A stretch of DNA of 10,610 bases from IMG/VR virus record IMGVR_UViG_2778261697_000001, one strand, 5' to 3'. The DNA is from a virus. Lineage: Duplodnaviria > Heunggongvirae > Uroviricota > Caudoviricetes. Shown in pieces: positions 1 through 8,474 of the stretch. A program made the position numbers and the translations under genes. The notes beneath the pieces are model-generated. The model was not told where the DNA came from, searched no databases, and worked only from the letters and a program-made list of their open reading frames with translations. How positions within the stretch are numbered: the first letter of the stretch is position 1; every line of letters starts with the position of its first letter.

Positions 1-132
1 GTCCATTTCCGCGCAGACGATGACGTCACTGCCCGGCTGTATGCGCGAGGTTACCGACTGCGGCCTGAGTTTTTTAAGTGACGTAAAATCGTGTTGAGGC
101 CAACGCCCATAATGCGGGCAGTTGCCCGGCAT
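1..132 (-). CDS. insB: IS1 InsB, 5' part only (continues beyond the window edge)
   Basis: Mirror image of 10479-10610. It reads [44 protein letters not shown] in the -1 frame relative to insA and is open to the window edge. Confidence 0.8.
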
Positions 133-326
133 CCAACGCCATTCATGGCCATATCAATGATTTTCTGGTGCGTACCGGGTTGAGAAGCGGTGTAAGTGAA
201 CTGCAGTTGCCATGTTTTACGGCAGTGAGAGCAGAGATAGCGCTGATGTCCGGCGGTGCTTTTGCCGTTACGCACCACCCCGTCAGTAGCTGAACAGGAG
301 GGACAGCTGATAGAAACAGAAGCCAC
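51..326 (-). CDS. insA: IS1 InsA (transposition inhibitor / N-terminal part of the InsAB' transposase)
   Basis: 91-aa [43 protein letters not shown]... with the characteristic Cys-rich zinc-finger start; identical to the ORF at 10285-10560. Confidence 0.95.
69..77 (-). promoter_or_regulatory. IS1 programmed -1 ribosomal frameshift motif (A6C slippery site) joining insA to insB'
   Basis: Plus strand reads GTTTTTTAA here, i.e. TTAAAAAAC on the coding strand near the 3' end of insA. That this motif drives InsAB' frameshifting is established IS1 biology. Confidence 0.7.
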
Positions 327-359
327 TGGAGCACCTCAAAAACACCATCATACACTAAA

Positions 360-692
360 TCAGTAAGTTGGCAGCATCACCGCTGGCATGAATTCATTTT
401 CAGTTCTGAATTTAATAATTATAGAGTCAGTAAAGTCCTTATCAATGGATTGTACGATACCTCTAACGGCGATTAATTTACCTTTTAACTGTTCATCGGT
501 AGCGACTTCATTTTCTTCATACTCTTTAAACAGCTGTCGAGCAGTAGTGTTGTAGATTTCTTTTTGCGGTGCCGCAGCTTCCGTATCGGATGAGTATGAA
601 GAATTAGAGCCTTTATCGTTATTGCCTGCAAAATATCCAATAATCACCAACCCGATGAAAATATATAAAATCCATTTTAATAATTTCTTCAT
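360..692 (-). CDS. Membrane-anchored OB-fold protein (tRNA_anti-like / BOF-like family), 3' end replaced by IS1 sequence
   Basis: N-terminal Lys-rich start followed by a hydrophobic helix (MKKLLKWILYIFIGLVIIGYFAG). C-terminal YEENEVATDEQLKGKLIAVRGIVQSI resembles the OB-fold tRNA_anti-like family, assigned from memory. The last 6 codons and the TGA stop (360-380) lie inside the IS1 terminal repeat, so the native C-terminus is missing. AT-rich, unlike the adjacent tail operon. Confidence 0.55.
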   Translation of the reverse strand: MKKLLKWILYIFIGLVIIGYFAGNNDKGSNSSYSSDTEAAAPQKEIYNTTARQLFKEYEENEVATDEQLKGKLIAVRGIVQSIDKDFTDSIIIKFRTENEFMPAVMLPTY

Positions 693-754
693 GTTATCAC
701 CTTAATGCTAATAATTTATATGGTTACAAATGGTAATGGCTACCACTACAAATT

Positions 755-2131
755 ATGGCATTACCAGTAAATATTACTACTGATAATAAATATGGGACTT
801 ATATGACGTGGAAAGACAGGCTTCAGGATGCGTCATTTCGCGGCGTACCGTTTAAAGTTGAAGAAGAAAGTGCGGGAACCGGTCGCCGTGTGGAAACACA
901 CGAATACCCGAACCGCGACAAGCCCTATACTGAAGATCTGGGAAAAGTCACTTTCCGCCCGTCCATCACGGCTTATGTGGTGGGAGATGACTGCTTTGAC
1001 CAGCGCGATCGCCTGATTGATGCGCTGAATAAACCCGGTCCCGGCACGCTTGTCCATCCGACATACGGTGAGCTGAAAGTCTGTGTTGACGGGGAAGTTC
1101 GGGTCAGCACATCGAAAAGTGAAGGGCGTATTGTCCGCTTTGACCTGAAGTTTGTCGAAGCGGGAGAACTCTCTTACCCCACATCAGGTGCGGCGACGGC
1201 GCAGACGCTGATGTCATCCTGTTTTGCACTGGATGACTGCATCAGTGGCAGCTTCAGCGGTTTCAGTATCGATGGCGTGGCGGATTTCGTGCAGAACGAC
1301 GTTATCGGTAATGCCGGCACAATGCTGGGGTATGTTTCTGATGCGATGAAAGTGGTGGATTCTGCTGTATCGGATGCCGCCAGGCTGTTGCAGGGAGATA
1401 TTTCGGTACTTCTGCCGCCGCCATCGTCAGGCAAAAATTTCGTTGAGCAGGTGCAGAAAATGTGGCGTACCGGGAAGCGCCTTTATGGTAACGCCAGCGA
1501 CCTGGTCACCATGATCAAAACGCTTTCCGGTGTCAGCCTCGGCAGCGATCTGCAACCGCGCGGTGTCTGGAAAACGGACAGTAAAACCACCGCCACGGCA
1601 ACGCAGCAGCGTAACGTGGTTGCCAGCACCCTTCGTACGACCGCAATCAGCGAAGCGGCGTATGCCGTCACCCGGCTGCCTGCACCAACAACTTCCGCAG
1701 TGATGCAGAATTCCGCAGTGGGGCAGTCAACAACCCCCGCGCAGAGCACCGGCTGGCCTTCCGTCACGCATCCGGCACTGAACAATGCACCGGCGGTGAA
1801 AAACACGGTTGACCTGCCAACGTGGGAAGAACTGACCGACATTCGCGACACACTGAATACGGCAATTGAGAAGGAGTTGTCCCGTACAACCAGTGATGCG
1901 CTGTTTCTGGCGCTGCGCCGGGTGAAAGCAGATCTGAATGCGGATATCAACACGCGCCTTGAACAGTCTGCACGGATCATTCAGCGCACACCGGATGAGG
2001 TTTTACCCGCGCTGGTGCTGGCGGCGACCTGGTTTGATAACGCGGCGCGTGACGCGGACATTATCCGGCGTAATGCCATTACGCATCCCGGCTTTGTGCC
2101 GGTGATCCCTCTGAAGGTGCCAGTGCAATGA
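755..2131 (+). CDS. Mu gpN-like DNA circularisation protein (tail/baseplate module)
   Basis: 458-aa ORF. The N-terminal WKDRLQDASFRGVPFKVEEESAGTGRRVETHEYPNRDKPYTEDLG block matches the DNA_circ_N-type domain of Mu N homologues as I recall it, followed by a Ser/Thr/Ala/Pro-rich linker. The first 16 codons are AT-rich with no Shine-Dalgarno sequence, so the real start may be the ATG at 803 (MTWKDRL...). The stop overlaps the next start (ATGA at 2128-2131). Confidence 0.75.
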   Translation: MALPVNITTDNKYGTYMTWKDRLQDASFRGVPFKVEEESAGTGRRVETHEYPNRDKPYTEDLGKVTFRPSITAYVVGDDCFDQRDRLIDALNKPGPGTLVHPTYGELKVCVDGEVRVSTSKSEGRIVRFDLKFVEAGELSYPTSGAATAQTLMSSCFALDDCISGSFSGFSIDGVADFVQNDVIGNAGTMLGYVSDAMKVVDSAVSDAARLLQGDISVLLPPPSSGKNFVEQVQKMWRTGKRLYGNASDLVTMIKTLSGVSLGSDLQPRGVWKTDSKTTATATQQRNVVASTLRTTAISEAAYAVTRLPAPTTSAVMQNSAVGQSTTPAQSTGWPSVTHPALNNAPAVKNTVDLPTWEELTDIRDTLNTAIEKELSRTTSDALFLALRRVKADLNADINTRLEQSARIIQRTPDEVLPALVLAATWFDNAARDADIIRRNAITHPGFVPVIPLKVPVQ

Positions 2132-3207
2132 ACGATAACGTCACGCTACGGGTAAATGGCCGGGAGTGGAATGGCTGGACATCGGTGCGCATCGGTGCCG
2201 GTATTGAACGGCTGGCGCGGGATTTCAGTGTGGAGATCACCCGCCAGTGGCCGGGAGATGAGGGTATCACCACGCTTCAGCCGCGCATTAAAAACGGTTC
2301 AAAAGTGGAAGTGCTGATTGGTGATGAGCTGGTGATCACCGGCTGGGTGGAGGCGACTCCCGTTCGTTACGATGCCCGTTCGATCAGCACCGGTATTGCC
2401 GGACGCAGTCTGACCGCTGACCTGATTGACTGTGCAGCCGAACCGACACAGTTTAACGGACGATCGCTGGTACAGATTGCGCAGGCGCTTGCAGCGCCTT
2501 TCGGCATTGAGGTGGTGAACAGCGGCGCGCCGTCGGGTGTTATTCCTGATGTCCAGCCTGATCACGGCGAAACGGTGATTGAGGTGATCAACAAAATACT
2601 CGGTCAGCAGCAGGCACTGGCTTACGACGACCCGCACGGCAGGCTGGTGATTGGCGGTATTGGCTCAACGCGGGCACATACCGCGCTGGTACTCGGGGAA
2701 AACATCCTTTCCTGCGATACGGAGAAGAGTATCCGGGAGCGGTTTTCAGTTTACCAGGTGGCGGGGCAGCGTGCCGGAAACGACGATGATTTCGGTGAGG
2801 CTACCACCACCGCGCTGCGGGCCCGCACAGAGGACGCATTTATTGCCCGTTACCGTCCGATGTATATCAGGCAGACAGGGCAGGCTACGGGGGCAGGCTG
2901 TATTGCCCGTGCTGACTTTGAAGCCCGACAACGGGCGGCACGGACGGATGAAACCACCTATGTGGTGCAGGGCTGGCGACAGGGTAACGGTACGCTGTGG
3001 CAGCCCAACCAGCGGGTGATTGTCTTCGATCCGGTCTGTGGTTTCGATAATACCGAACTGCTTGTTTCGGAAGTCACGTTTACTCAGGACCAGAACGGCA
3101 CCCTGACGGAAATCCGTGTCGGCCCGCCTGATGCTTATCTGCCTGAACCCGAAGCCCCCGGCGCGCGGAAAAAGAAAAAAGCCAGAGTACAGGAGGACCC
3201 GTTCTGA
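2128..3207 (+). CDS. Mu gpP / gp44-like baseplate hub protein (phage late control gene D family)
   Basis: 359-aa ORF in conserved Mu-like order between the gpN-like and gpV-like genes. Start is coupled to the upstream stop; AAGGTG lies upstream. GC-rich phage-type codon usage. Family assigned from position and general sequence character. Confidence 0.7.
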   Translation: MNDNVTLRVNGREWNGWTSVRIGAGIERLARDFSVEITRQWPGDEGITTLQPRIKNGSKVEVLIGDELVITGWVEATPVRYDARSISTGIAGRSLTADLIDCAAEPTQFNGRSLVQIAQALAAPFGIEVVNSGAPSGVIPDVQPDHGETVIEVINKILGQQQALAYDDPHGRLVIGGIGSTRAHTALVLGENILSCDTEKSIRERFSVYQVAGQRAGNDDDFGEATTTALRARTEDAFIARYRPMYIRQTGQATGAGCIARADFEARQRAARTDETTYVVQGWRQGNGTLWQPNQRVIVFDPVCGFDNTELLVSEVTFTQDQNGTLTEIRVGPPDAYLPEPEAPGARKKKKARVQEDPF

Positions 3208-3755
3208 TGAGGACGATTGAAGCCATGCAGCGACAACTCCTCGGCCTGATTGGGCGGGCCGTGGTGAAAAGCATCAGTGCCGCCACGAAATGTCAGACCG
3301 TGGATGTGTCCCTGATTGCCGGTGAACCCAAAGCCGGGGTTGAGCATCTTGAACCCTACGGTTTTACCGCAAGGGCAAACAGCGGTGCAGAAGCGGTGGT
3401 GTTGTTTCCGGATGGCGACCGTTCTCATGCGGTAGTTGTTACGGTGTCGGACCGGCGCTACCGCCTGAAAGGGCTGCAGACGGGTGAGGTGGCTGTCTAT
3501 GACGATCAGGGGCAGTCCGTGATGCTGACCCGGGAGGGGATCGTGGTGGACGGTGCAGGTAAAACGATCACGTTTCGCAATGCACCTGAAGCACGTTTTG
3601 AAATGGACCTTGAAGTGACCGGACAGGTGAAAGACCTGTGCGACTCCGGCGGCACCACCATGTCAGCGATGCGGCTTGCTTATAACGGGCATCGTCACAG
3701 AGAGAACGGTCAGGGCAGTAACACCGACAAACCTGATAAAGCGATGGAGGCATGA
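3207..3755 (+). CDS. Baseplate assembly protein V / Mu gp45-like spike
   Basis: 182-aa ORF with the pattern LEPYGFTARANSGAEAVVLFPDGDRSHAVVV typical of the gpV family (from memory). Strong Shine-Dalgarno AGGAGGA at 3191-3197. Start overlaps the upstream stop (TGATG). Confidence 0.75.
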   Translation: MRTIEAMQRQLLGLIGRAVVKSISAATKCQTVDVSLIAGEPKAGVEHLEPYGFTARANSGAEAVVLFPDGDRSHAVVVTVSDRRYRLKGLQTGEVAVYDDQGQSVMLTREGIVVDGAGKTITFRNAPEARFEMDLEVTGQVKDLCDSGGTTMSAMRLAYNGHRHRENGQGSNTDKPDKAMEA

Positions 3756-4180
3756 TGGAACTGTGGCTGACGGTGAACGGTAAACGCACCTGCGCCAGCG
3801 CACCGCTGGATCCGCTGACCCGCGCCGTGGTGATTTCCCTGTTCACCTGGCGGCGGGCGGAGCCTGATGACAATGCCGACGTCCCGATGGGATGGTGGGG
3901 GGATACCTGGCCTGCGGTACAGAATGACCGTTACGGCTCCCGACTGTGGCTGCTTCAGCGCAGCAAACTGACCAATCAGCTGGTGCAGACGGTAAGGGGG
4001 TATATCCGCGAATGCCTGCAATGGATGATTGATGACGGCGTGGTGTCCCGTATTGATCTGGATATCCGCCGCACCGGGATTAATGAACTGGGTAACAGTA
4101 TCACTCTCTGGCGTCGTGACGGACCGGTAATGATTTCTTTTGATGATCTGTGGAGTGCGATAACGCATGGCGGACAGTGA
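3752..4180 (+). CDS. Mu gp46-like baseplate protein
   Basis: 142-aa ORF of the size and position of Mu gp46. GGAGG at 3746-3750; the second ATG at 3755 has the better spacing and may be the true start. Overlaps the stop of the gp45-like gene. Confidence 0.7.
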   Translation: MMELWLTVNGKRTCASAPLDPLTRAVVISLFTWRRAEPDDNADVPMGWWGDTWPAVQNDRYGSRLWLLQRSKLTNQLVQTVRGYIRECLQWMIDDGVVSRIDLDIRRTGINELGNSITLWRRDGPVMISFDDLWSAITHGGQ

Positions 4181-5225
4181 ATTTCAGCGCCCGACGCTGG
4201 CAGAAAATATCAGTATGCTCCGTAACGATTTATTCGCCAGGCTGGACGTCAGCGACACGCTCCGGCGCATGGATGAAGACGTGCGGGCAAAGGTGTATGC
4301 GGCGGCGCTGCATACGGTTTACGGGTACATCGATTATCTGGCAATGAATATGCTGCCTGACCTGTGCGATGAGTCCTGGCTGGCGCGACATGCTGCGATG
4401 AAACGGTGTCCGCGCAAGGGGGCCACGGCTGCCAGCGGGTATATGCGCTGGGAAGGTGTCAGCGATGGCCTGAAGGTGACTGCCGGGAGCGTGATTCAGC
4501 GCGATGACCTGGTTCAGTACACGGCAACTGCCGATGCAACCAGCTCCGGTGGTGTCCTGCGTGTGCCGATCACTTGCTCAACTACAGGCGCGGTCGGTAA
4601 CGCTGACGACGGTACGGCATTAATCCTGGTCACGCCGGTGAATGGTCTGCCGTCTTCCGGTGTGGCTGACACCCTGACAGGCGGATTTGATACTGAAGAG
4701 CTGGAAACGTGGCGCGCCCGCGTCATTGAGCGGTATTACTGGACGCCTCAGGGCGGGGCTGACGGGGACTATGTCGTCTGGGCTAAAGAAGTGCCCGGCA
4801 TTACCCGCGCATGGACATACCGACACTGGATGGGAACGGGGACTGTCGGTGTGATGATTGCCAGCAGTGACCTGATTAATCCCATTCCGGAAGAGTCAAC
4901 GGAAACGGCGGCAAGACAACATATCGAGCCACTGGCCCCGGTGGCAGGCTCTGATTTGTATGTATTCAGGCCGGTGGCGCATAAAGTGGATTTTCATATC
5001 CGCGTGACGCCGGACACACCGGAAATACGGGCTGCCATCACCGCGGAGTTGCGTTCGTTCTTGCTGCGTGATGGTTATCCGCAGGGAGAACTGAAGGTGT
5101 CGCGTATCAGTGAGGCGATTTCCGGTGCGAACGGGGAATACAGCCATCAGTTGCTTGCACCGGCGGACAATATCTCCATTGCAAAAAATGAACTGGCGGT
5201 ACTGGGGACGATTTCATGGACGTGA
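4167..5225 (+). CDS. Baseplate J-like protein (Mu gp47-like)
   Basis: 352-aa ORF in the expected position after the gp46-like gene, overlapping it by 14 nt. Size and order fit the baseplate J family. Confidence 0.75.
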   Translation: MADSEFQRPTLAENISMLRNDLFARLDVSDTLRRMDEDVRAKVYAAALHTVYGYIDYLAMNMLPDLCDESWLARHAAMKRCPRKGATAASGYMRWEGVSDGLKVTAGSVIQRDDLVQYTATADATSSGGVLRVPITCSTTGAVGNADDGTALILVTPVNGLPSSGVADTLTGGFDTEELETWRARVIERYYWTPQGGADGDYVVWAKEVPGITRAWTYRHWMGTGTVGVMIASSDLINPIPEESTETAARQHIEPLAPVAGSDLYVFRPVAHKVDFHIRVTPDTPEIRAAITAELRSFLLRDGYPQGELKVSRISEAISGANGEYSHQLLAPADNISIAKNELAVLGTISWT

Positions 5226-5800
5226 CAAACGATGATTACATCCGTCTGTTGTCGGCACTGTTGCCCCCCGGTCCGGCGTGGTCAGCCAGCGATCCGGCGA
5301 TTGCCGGTGCGGCACCGTCATTAACCCGCGTTCATCAGCGTGCGGATGCCCTGATGCGGGAGCTGGATCCGCGCACCACCACTGAACTGATAAACCGCTG
5401 GGAGCGTCTGTGCGGTCTGCCGGATGAATGTATTCCCGCAGGGACACAGACCCTTCGCCAGCGTCAGCAACGGCTGGATGCGAAGGTTAACCTGGCGGGC
5501 GGCATCAATGAGGATTTTTACCTTGCGCAGCTTGCTGCCCTGGGTAGACCAGATGCCACCATCACGCGATACGACAAAAGCACGTTCACCTGCTCATCGG
5601 CTTGTACTGACGAGGTGAATGCGCCGGAATGGCGGTATTACTGGCAGGTCAATATGCCAGCTGCCACCAACACCACCTGGATGACATGTGGCGATCCCTG
5701 CGATTCCGCACTGCGTATCTGGGGGGACACCGTTATCGAGTGCGTGCTTAACAAACTCTGCCCGTCGCATACCTACGTAATTTTTAAATATCCGGAGTAA
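5216..5800 (+). CDS. Mu gp48-like tail protein (YmfQ-like, DUF2313-type)
   Basis: 194-aa ORF overlapping the baseplate J gene by 10 nt. Length and position match gp48/YmfQ-type proteins that precede tail-fibre genes. Confidence 0.7.
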   Translation: MDVTNDDYIRLLSALLPPGPAWSASDPAIAGAAPSLTRVHQRADALMRELDPRTTTELINRWERLCGLPDECIPAGTQTLRQRQQRLDAKVNLAGGINEDFYLAQLAALGRPDATITRYDKSTFTCSSACTDEVNAPEWRYYWQVNMPAATNTTWMTCGDPCDSALRIWGDTVIECVLNKLCPSHTYVIFKYPE

Positions 5801-5803
5801 TCC

Positions 5804-6730
5804 ATGCATCGTATAGACACGAAAACCGCGCAAAAGGATAAGTTCGGCGCGGGTAAGAACGGTTTTACCCGTGGTAACCCCCAGACAGGCACGCCTGCCA
5901 CCGATCTGGATGATGACTACTTTGACATGTTGCAGGAAGAGCTCTGCAGCGTGGTGGAGGCATCCGGTGCCAGCCTGGAGAAGGGGCGGCATGACCAGCT
6001 GCTTACCGCGCTTCGTGCGCTGCTGTTAAGTCGCAAAAATCCGTTTGGCGATATCAAATCGGACGGCACGGTGAAAACGGCTCTTCAAAACCTTGGTTTG
6101 GGAGATACAAGCGGATACGTGGGACGCTGGGTGAATACCCGGGTTTTCACGTCATCAGGTACGTACACCCCGACGCCAGGAACAAAACGGATCAGGGTCA
6201 CAATAACGGGCGGCGGTGGCGGAGGGGGCGGCTGCAAGGCTATATCCAATAATGAAACGTTTTTCGGTGCTGGCGGCGGGGCAGGTGGGACAGTAATCAC
6301 CACGCTGATCCTGACGAAGGATAGTTATCCTGTCACTATCGGCGCAGGTGGGGCCGGCGGCGTTAGTGCGACGAACGGCTTCAAGGGCGGTGATAGCTCG
6401 TTCGGATCGGTAATAGCCCCTGGTGGTGAAGGTGGTGGAAAATCAGGAGTCACAAACACGAACGGTGGTAACGGCGGTGTGCCAAGTACTGGCGGTATCA
6501 ACATCATTGGTGGAAATGGAGGCGACGGTCAGTCCGGAAATATCGGCGTCAGCGGTGAAGGCGGAACATCGTACTGGGGGGGCGGTGGACGCGCAGGCGC
6601 TGGCGGTGGTGTTAGTGGTAAGGCATATGGTTCAGGTGGCGGTGGCGCATACGATGCCGGTTATAGCGGAACCAGTATGACAGGCGGGAAAGGTGCTGCT
6701 GGGGTTTGTATTATCGAGGAGTTTGCATAA
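5804..6730 (+). CDS. Tail fibre protein with conserved N-terminal anchor domain and glycine-rich C-terminal repeat domain
   Basis: 308-aa ORF. N-terminus [53 protein letters not shown] is the conserved prophage tail-fibre N-terminal domain (from memory). From about residue 140 the C-terminus is dominated by GGxGG repeats. GGAG Shine-Dalgarno 6 nt upstream. Confidence 0.8.
   Translation: MHRIDTKTAQKDKFGAGKNGFTRGNPQTGTPATDLDDDYFDMLQEELCSVVEASGASLEKGRHDQLLTALRALLLSRKNPFGDIKSDGTVKTALQNLGLGDTSGYVGRWVNTRVFTSSGTYTPTPGTKRIRVTITGGGGGGGGCKAISNNETFFGAGGGAGGTVITTLILTKDSYPVTIGAGGAGGVSATNGFKGGDSSFGSVIAPGGEGGGKSGVTNTNGGNGGVPSTGGINIIGGNGGDGQSGNIGVSGEGGTSYWGGGGRAGAGGGVSGKAYGSGGGGAYDAGYSGTSMTGGKGAAGVCIIEEFA
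6190..6700 (+). repeat. Degenerate GGN-rich coding repeats (glycine-rich domain of the tail fibre)
   Basis: Direct reading shows runs such as ggcggcggtggcggagggggcggctgc and ggcgcaggtggggccggcggcgtt. The complementary strand yields artefactual Pro-rich ORFs. Confidence 0.6.
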
Positions 6731-7146
6731 TGAATGCGTCATATGCAGTTATTGAAAATGGGATGGTTGTGAATGTCATTGTCTGGGATGGCGAGGATGA
6801 ATTCACTGTGCCGGATAATCTGCAGCTCATTAATATTTCTGATATCAGTGAGCAGCCCGGAATTGGCTGGGCGTATTCAGACGGGGTATTTACTGCGCCG
6901 CTCCCTCCGGAACGTTCTCATGATGAACTGGTAGCTGACGCTGAACAGAAAAAACAGTCGCTGATAGACGCAGCAATGGCCAATATCAGCGTGATTCAGT
7001 TAAAGCTGCAGGCCGGGCGCAAACTGACGCAAGAAGAAACTACCCGACTTAACGTTGTGCTGGATTATATCGAGGCTGTGACGGCAACAGATACCAGCAT
7101 TGCACCGGATATTGAGTGGCCGGATGAACCGTGCTTCGCTGAATAA
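6730..7146 (+). CDS. Tail fibre assembly protein (Tfa chaperone)
   Basis: The C-terminus TATDTSIAPDIEWPDEPCFAE matches the conserved Tfa C-terminal motif (lambda Tfa ends ...TSTAPDIEWP...). ATG at 6730 overlaps the tail-fibre stop and has GAGGAG 8 nt upstream. The ORF track start at 6706 is probably an upstream extension. Confidence 0.8.
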   Translation: MNASYAVIENGMVVNVIVWDGEDEFTVPDNLQLINISDISEQPGIGWAYSDGVFTAPLPPERSHDELVADAEQKKQSLIDAAMANISVIQLKLQAGRKLTQEETTRLNVVLDYIEAVTATDTSIAPDIEWPDEPCFAE

Positions 7147-7223
7147 AATCTGTTGAGGAGAAGCGGTTTAATTGTAACTCAATTCTTTTTGTGTAATAAA
7201 AGTAGGACAAAACTGTGACACAT

Positions 7224-7251
7224 AAAGCCTCGCAATGGTTTGCAAGGCTTT
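7224..7251. terminator. Candidate bidirectional intrinsic terminator between convergent tfa and acyltransferase genes
   Basis: AAAGCCTCGCAA-TGGT-TTGCAAGGCTTT: 12-bp arms with one mismatch and a 4-nt loop, with A/T tracts at both ends so a U-run follows the stem in either direction. Confidence 0.35.
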
Positions 7252-7352
7252 GAACGCTTCTATATTGAGGATGTGACGCGGTTTCGTTTATTTCCATTCT
7301 ATATATTGATGTCGATTTTTATGAATATAGAGCATACGGATAAACTGCAGTG

Positions 7353-7389
7353 TGATTAGAGTCAAAGTAATAGTTGTTGACTCTAATCA
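7353..7389. repeat. Perfect AT-rich palindrome immediately 3' of the acyltransferase gene
   Basis: GATTAGAGTCAA (7354-7365) and TTGACTCTAATC (7377-7388) are exact reverse complements separated by 11 nt; the flanking t/a extends pairing to 13 bp. No U-tract follows on either strand. Confidence 0.4.
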
Positions 7390-7406
7390 TTGCAAAGTGA
7401 CTTTAC

Positions 7407-8474
7407 TTAATGAAATTTATCTCGGATGAATTGTTGCGATGGCTTTTCAATGAATATATATGACATATAGCTAATTGCCATTAATGTAAGCATGAATAAA
7501 ATGAATACCTTGGGGCTGTAAAAAAGATCGCGTCCATAGCCAATCTTGTCAGCTAAATAAACAACAATGATTTGCAAAGGAAAATGTAAAAGATAGGATG
7601 AATAACTGATATCACCCAACCATTCAATTTTTTCCCCAAAATCGTTTCGTATTGCGCTAATTGACACAAGGAAAAAGATTATGGAGGTAAATCCGAATAA
7701 GATAATTGAGAATATATCTGCTACTTGCAGGGTAAAGATAACTCCCCATGAGATCAATAGAAAAACACAAGCAAAAATAAAAAATAACTTTGCGCTAATA
7801 TTTTTTATGACAGCAATCGTAATTTTATAGGTCAGACCACCAATAAAGAAAGAGAATGCGCCGATCATTATGGGATTGTTAATTTTGAAAAAGTAGTACG
7901 ACAATGCAACTATTAAAATTGATATGAATGTTGTTTTTGATGTGAACTTGCATAATATAAAAAATATCATGTACATAAGTACTTCAATCGACACGGACCA
8001 TGTCGGGGCGTTGAAGGACCAACCTCGCTCAAATCCCCATGATTGAATCATCAATAAATTCAGAATGGCATGGTAAATGTCATTCATAGGATAAACAAAA
8101 AAATAATTATGACTTTTAAAGAAAATAATTTGTAATATTGCCACGACAGCAAATGTAAATATATAAAGTGGATATAATCTACTGACACGGTTAACTATAA
8201 AAGTTTTTGCTGAGGTTTTATTGCTGTGTATATTGTCAGCGTATAGATAAAAAAATATGAATCCAGAAATCATAAAAAACAATTCGACAGCATATAAACC
8301 GTAATGATAAAAGACGGAAAAAAAATCATAAAAAGGTTGGCGGTTTATGATTATGTCAGATGCAGCATTCTTTTTCATAAAAAAATGTTGCCAATGCCAT
8401 AACACAACGGAAAGTGCGGCAAATCCTCTCAGAACATCCAGGGTATATATTCTCTTCCCAAAAACATTCGTCAC
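7407..8474 (-). CDS. Acyltransferase family 3 integral membrane protein (OafA/Oac-like; putative O-antigen or surface polysaccharide acetyltransferase)
   Basis: 355-aa ORF with the hallmark N-terminal motif LDVLRGFAALSVVLWH and the RLYPLY motif, and many hydrophobic helices. GTG start with AAGAGG 7 nt upstream. Very AT-rich (about 22-33% GC on sampled lines, against about 57% in the tail genes). Confidence 0.85.
   Translation of the reverse strand: MTNVFGKRIYTLDVLRGFAALSVVLWHWQHFFMKKNAASDIIINRQPFYDFFSVFYHYGLYAVELFFMISGFIFFYLYADNIHSNKTSAKTFIVNRVSRLYPLYIFTFAVVAILQIIFFKSHNYFFVYPMNDIYHAILNLLMIQSWGFERGWSFNAPTWSVSIEVLMYMIFFILCKFTSKTTFISILIVALSYYFFKINNPIMIGAFSFFIGGLTYKITIAVIKNISAKLFFIFACVFLLISWGVIFTLQVADIFSIILFGFTSIIFFLVSISAIRNDFGEKIEWLGDISYSSYLLHFPLQIIVVYLADKIGYGRDLFYSPKVFILFMLTLMAISYMSYIFIEKPSQQFIRDKFH

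Larger units (their letters stand above)
1..381 (-). mobile_element. IS1 insertion sequence, partial (left-end half; the rest lies beyond the window start)
   Basis: Positions 351-381 are the reverse complement of the IS1 terminal repeat GGTGATGCTGCCAACTTACTGATTTAGTGTA. The insA ORF sits at the canonical offset (IS1 coordinates 56-331). The segment is the exact reverse complement of 10230-10610 as far as I can read it. Confidence 0.95.

Noticed and set aside
143-355. 70-aa ORF inside the left IS1 (mirrored at 10256-10468)
   Set aside because: Alternative-frame ORF overlapping insA within a well-characterised insertion sequence; IS1 encodes only insA and insB/insAB'.
828-2273. Short ORFs nested in or antisense to the gpN-like gene (828-1016, 833-1057, 1174-1434, 1483-1980, 2079-2273)
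   Set aside because: They overlap a long ORF that has conserved phage-protein motifs. Long spurious frames are expected in GC-rich DNA; they have no independent start signals.
2299-5992. Nested or antisense ORFs across the baseplate genes (e.g. 2299-2637, 2651-3019, 3135-3428, 3710-4168, 4150-4347, 4514-4826, 4896-5147, 5214-5447, 5424-5618, 5594-5992)
   Set aside because: All are embedded in the coupled plus-strand operon, and their products are Arg/Pro-rich low-complexity sequences typical of off-frame translation of GC-rich genes.
6085-6680. Pro-rich antisense ORFs (6085-6303, 6325-6507) and an alternative-frame ORF (6423-6680) in the tail-fibre gene
   Set aside because: Artefacts of the GGN-repeat region: the complement of GGN codons reads as CCN (proline).
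6190-6700. Repetitive DNA that could be mistaken for a CRISPR or tandem-repeat array
   Set aside because: The repeats are degenerate, in-frame and coding (Gly-rich domain), with no repeat-spacer periodicity.
7049-7297. 82-aa minus-strand ORF overlapping the 3' end of tfa
   Set aside because: Overlaps the conserved Tfa C-terminus on the opposite strand and runs through the candidate terminator; no ribosome-binding site.
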